Source: Anthoceros angustus (taxonomy: Eukaryota > Plantae > Anthocerotophyta). From it: DNA of 64,000 nt. The notes beneath the pieces were generated by a model. The model saw nothing but the letters and a program-made list of their open reading frames with translations. It was not told the DNA's origin and ran no database searches. Location of the stretch: positions 1-64,000 of the forward strand of contig MU008203.1 of NCBI GenBank assembly GCA_010909165.1, read 5' to 3'. Of the stretch, positions 59,901 to 64,000 are shown one piece after another. Within the stretch, counting starts at the first letter, position 1, and each line of letters begins with the position of its first letter. Position numbers and translations under genes: made by a program.

Positions 59901-61478
59901 AGAATTTTATTATTAAAATCGTCACACACCATCCAAGAAAAACACATAGCTTGATTAGAAAGCTCTAAGGAAAAGAAATGGCTGCTCACAGACTTCATCT
60001 AGCATAAATACGTGGTGACAAGAGGAGGTTTAACGGTCCGAAAATACCAATGATAATAGGAAAGCGCGTTTACGTAAAAAGATTCAACGACCAAGTTCAA
60101 TCGAGATTCACATGGTCAAGCTCCTCAACTACTTCAGCAAACTCGAAACCCAAAATTTTACCGTTCATCCGTTTATACTTTGAGTTCTATCAGCATATGT
60201 CATTCCACAAACCTCCTCTACATCACAAGACGGTCCGCCACACAACAATTTTGGACATAATATCAACCATACTTCAAAATTTTACGATGGGAGCGATATC
60301 AAAATTCCAATCTTGTTCAAGGATGCCTCGGGCATATTTTGAAAATTATGGGCAAATGACTGAGGTCTCATCTACTTCGTGTTGGATCCAACCATGTTCA
60401 AGGATATCCACGTGCACATGTTCAAGGTCATGCGAAAATGATTAATACTACTAGGGCTGCATTTTATGATCGAACAATATTCAAACTCAATCATGTTCAA
60501 GGATGCCCTCGCATATTATGAAGATGATGTTAAAATGACTAATACTAGGGTCCCATCACCTAGTTCTCGTGTTGGATTTGATCGTGGTCAAGGATATCCT
60601 CGGCACATATCCAAGGTTATGTGGAAATGACTAATACTACGGTCTGCCACCGTGTTTTCTGAGATGATGCATTACTAGAAGCCATACGGAAAATAAAGAC
60701 TACAAGAAAATAGTATGGTATTTGCGCCCGTCCTTATGCGGAAAAAAGCTAGCATGCAATCATTGTCGTGAAATATGCTTCAATTGATGGAACAATTACG
60801 ACAACAACATAGCTGGAAAAAGCGAGATACTACGTGCGAAATAGCCGATGAATTGGCTCAATGCGTCAAAGTGTCCCATCAATTATTTCCAAACTAGGCA
60901 ATGCTACACCTATAATTTTTAATGAGATCAAGGCCTCATTTGATCGCAAAGCGAAGAGGAAAAATTGGAAAATGGAAAGTGCTTGCATATGGACTTCAAT
61001 CGAATGGAACAATTTCTTGCAATAAGCAATTTACCTAGCCAAGTCCTTCATATGACAACAATGGATCAACATCGACATTATGTGAAGAAATACGAAATTG
61101 GATGGATAGATCAAATGTTATTGCACAAGGCGATGTCCCACAAAATGTTGCCCCACAAGAAACTACAATAAAAGAAGGAGTATAAAATCAAGATTTATGT
61201 GAAAACAATGTCGACCACACTCCAAAATTTTATGATAGGAAGCCTGGATATAAAAACCCCAATCATATTGAAGGATGCCCTACGGCATATGTTGAAAGTT
61301 ATGCGAAAATTCCTAATACAAGGGTCCCATCACCTAGTTCCGTGTTGGATCCAATCATGGTCAAGAGTATCCTCAAAGGTTATTCAAAATTCCTAATACA
61401 AGGGTCACTAATACAAACACGAAAAGCAATATGGTAATGGTAACAACCGTCTTCTCTAGAAAATCCTAATACCATGCA

Positions 61479-64000
61479 TAATGGAATATAGCTTATTTGA
61501 ACAAAATGTGTTAAAACATAATAGTGATTTAAGTCACAATTAGAATTAGGTTTAGTTTTATTATTAGTTAGTTAATAACGCCACAACTGCTTTTGTATAA
61601 GACACCTTTTCGTGCATTAGTTGAATATCTTACAATCCCAACTTGCTCTTGTCTCCCTTGCTTGCATCTTGCACGATCATCACGCACACATGCGATCCTA
61701 GGCCACAAATTCTTCTGGTATCGAGCAGCCAATATAATCTATTGCCGTGTAATTGAAAAAAATGCATTAGTCTCATCACCATGCCGATGTTGCCGCCATG
61801 TTTTTTTGGTACATTCTGTACAAGAACGCAATCGCAGGATGATGCTAGAATGGAAATCGGGCGTGAAGGAAACCCCAAAGAAACGCCTTATAGATTCCGA
61901 AAACATTTGTTATGGAATCTTGAGTGCAAGAAGATTCCAGATGGACTTCGCATGCCGTGCATGCTGATGCTCCTCCTCACAATCCACCTTCGATGCTCTT
62001 CCTCATCCTCCTTTCGCACCGCCGCATTTGATCTCGCACATCATGCCTCGAAACATGTGGGCATGGTTAATTGGCTGACGGGTTGAATCGGCAGCATGAG
62101 CATGTGGATTCCGCGGCTGCTCAAATCGAAATAGGCCACGCCTTCCGTGACCGCTCGCCTTCGACGGCTCACATCCGGGGTTCCTCACGGGACAGATTCA
62201 CTATGGCCAGCCAGTTTGTCAGCAGCCAGCTGCTGAGCCGCTGTGCGCGGACCTTCACCGATCTATCCGCAGAGCGGCCACCAATGGCGCATCTCGTGAA
62301 AGAGGTTGCCGGAAGATCGGATTGTTGGGAGCCTCTGCTTCGCCGGATGTCTGCTTTTGGAGGGTTGCTTCTGCGAGCACGATAAGGCGCACATAGCAAA
62401 TCCGCGTTCCAATTTGTTTTTTTTTTCGGAGAGCGTCTTGCTAGGAAGCCTAACACTAACTAAAATTAAAATTAAAATTAAAATTAAAATTAATTAATTA
62501 ATTAATTAATTAATTAAGGGCTATTAAATATGTTTTTTTAGGCATTAGACGCATGCATTTTGTGTGTATTAGTTTTGCTACAATACCAATCTAGCTGCCT
62601 AGATTGTCGAGACGACTTTTGTCCCGGTTCTAACCATTTTATGGTGTAGTTTTTATGCTTCGACCAACATGATGATGGTAGTCAAGCATCAAATACTTTG
62701 TTTGGAAGTTTATTTGATACTCCGGTGCTCATGTAGTAGAGTATTCCATGGGATTTTTCTCAAGTACAATCTAGATTAAATATAATGGCGGCACCTTCTC
62801 ATTCCCTTGTTCCCCTAACTCCTCTTAGGATAGAATTTAAGGATAAGGATAGATTTAATGGGTCCGATTACACCATATGGGCAATGAGAGTCGCATTTTA
62901 GAAGAAAACGAATTGATGGGGGTTGTAGATGGTGAACTGCTCCCCTCGTGAGCCGCCTCGATGTCGTTTTGGATTGGCAACGAAAGAATGACGCAAGAAC
63001 TATTATTATTTCCGCTCTAGATCGAACATGATGACACACACTTTGGGTGCCACTTCAAGTGATGTGTGGAATAACTTTAAGATGATTTATGACAGAGCAT
63101 TCCTTGTTCAAGCATTCGTGATTTTTTCAGCCTCCGCATGAAAGATAACGAGCCTGGAGTCTTATATTAACGGTTTCGCACTTGTCGTGCTAACCTTTCA
63201 TATTGTGGAATGAGATGGTTCAAGTGTCACCTACTTGCAACCCTACCAAGCATATCAATCTTTTGTAAGTGCAGTGCCATTATCGAACGGGTCAATCATC
63301 AGCAGTGCAACTCGCTATTACACTGTGAGGTGTTTGGAGCTCTTCTAGCGGAGGAGAGGACTCGTGGCCTTAATAAGATGAAGGCCAGCTCAAGTGGTCA
63401 ATCAAACTAGAATTTTGTTCACTCGAGGGGCTGAGGACGCGCGTGGCTTCCCAATCAATTTTCAGCGCCATATAATCCTAATTATCTGCAGCAAAGACCA
63501 AAGCGAAATATGACTTGCCATTGCAAGATACCCACCATATTGAGAAGAATTGCCAAGAAAAGGGTGAGCCTCGTGAGATGCAAGTCTTCCCAATCAAACC
63601 TCACAACCACAAAGGCTAAGTCTTCCACAATCTTATGTTGTCTTCATCTGCTCATTCTCAAGTAGAAACTTGGTTTTAGATTCGGAGCTACCACCATATT
63701 TGTTTTGACAGACACTCATTTAAAACTTTCTCACCCACATATGATGCCAATCGGTGCTTTTGGTGATGATAAGGGCTTTCCATCAAGGGCTCGCTCTGGT
63801 CATACAACTCCGATGAGTCTTCACTCACATTTCGTGTTTTATTTGTTCCTTCTATGACCAAAATTTGATGTCTTAAGTTGTCACAAGAACACTCTTGCCG
63901 AGTCTGCTTTGATCAAACTGGTAATCAGAACGCATGTTCCATCAAGCCATGACCTTTTCACAGGCACTTTCATGATTTGTATTTATTAGATGTCAAATCC
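61479..64000 (+). mobile_element. Ty1/Copia LTR retrotransposon, 5' part (runs off the window)
   Basis: Putative LTR ~61479-61713 and PBS-like tggtatcgagc at 61716-61726 (tRNA-Met PBS TGGTATCAGAGC missing one base). Gag starts at ATG 62785 (MAAP...DRFNGSDYHM...LEENELMGVVDG). A protease-like W.LDSGAT motif appears with frameshift at ~63671-63700. Confidence 0.75.
62461..62516. repeat. Compound microsatellite (TAAAAT)5 followed by a (TAAT)n tract
   Basis: Directly visible in the sequence. Confidence 0.9.

Larger units (their letters stand above)
37488..61478. repeat. Head-to-tail array of a ~3.85-3.9-kb unit, ~4.9 copies
   Basis: The marker ctatgctatt...gaacaatcttattttca occurs at ~37501, ~41395, ~45249, ~49104 and ~58216. 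Copy 4 is split by the Gypsy insertion and copy 5 is truncated at ~61478. Confidence 0.95.

Noticed and set aside
37488-61478. Array as a CRISPR array, rDNA or 5S repeat
   Set aside because: The unit is kilobase-sized with no short repeat-spacer pattern and no recognisable rRNA sequence, and the context is eukaryotic.

Overview
Eukaryotic nuclear DNA from a land plant with a compact genome: GC-rich exons, mostly ~80-120 bp GT-AG introns and very short intergenic spacers. A hornwort/lycophyte/bryophyte-type genome is an inference, not shown. The left ~37 kb is gene-dense. It holds a 1.67-kb tandem duplication, an unidentified spliced gene, FANCI (with an internal 1.44-kb tandem duplication), two tandem DUF2306-like membrane-protein genes, ALKBH8-like head-to-head with plastid ClpP6, an orphan AT-rich ORF, an AlkB-like relic, a sacsin/NO VEIN-like GHKL ATPase gene, a LEUNIG-like WD40 gene, a non-LTR retrotransposon relic, two F-box genes and a mitochondrial carrier gene. 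The right ~27 kb is a head-to-tail array of ~4.9 copies of an unidentified ~3.9-kb unit with residual coding potential. A ~5.4-kb Ty3/Gypsy element interrupts the array (5-bp TSD GTTCT) and a Ty1/Copia element ends it. Repeat copies differ by many 1-3 bp indels, so the assembly looks like a poorly polished long-read consensus: many frameshifts, and possibly some duplications, may be artefacts. No rRNA, tRNA or CRISPR array could be supported. No single novel system is demonstrated. The best leads are the 3.9-kb array unit, the DUF2306 pair (possible horizontal transfer), the FANCI internal duplication and the nested palindrome clusters flanking the LEUNIG-like gene.
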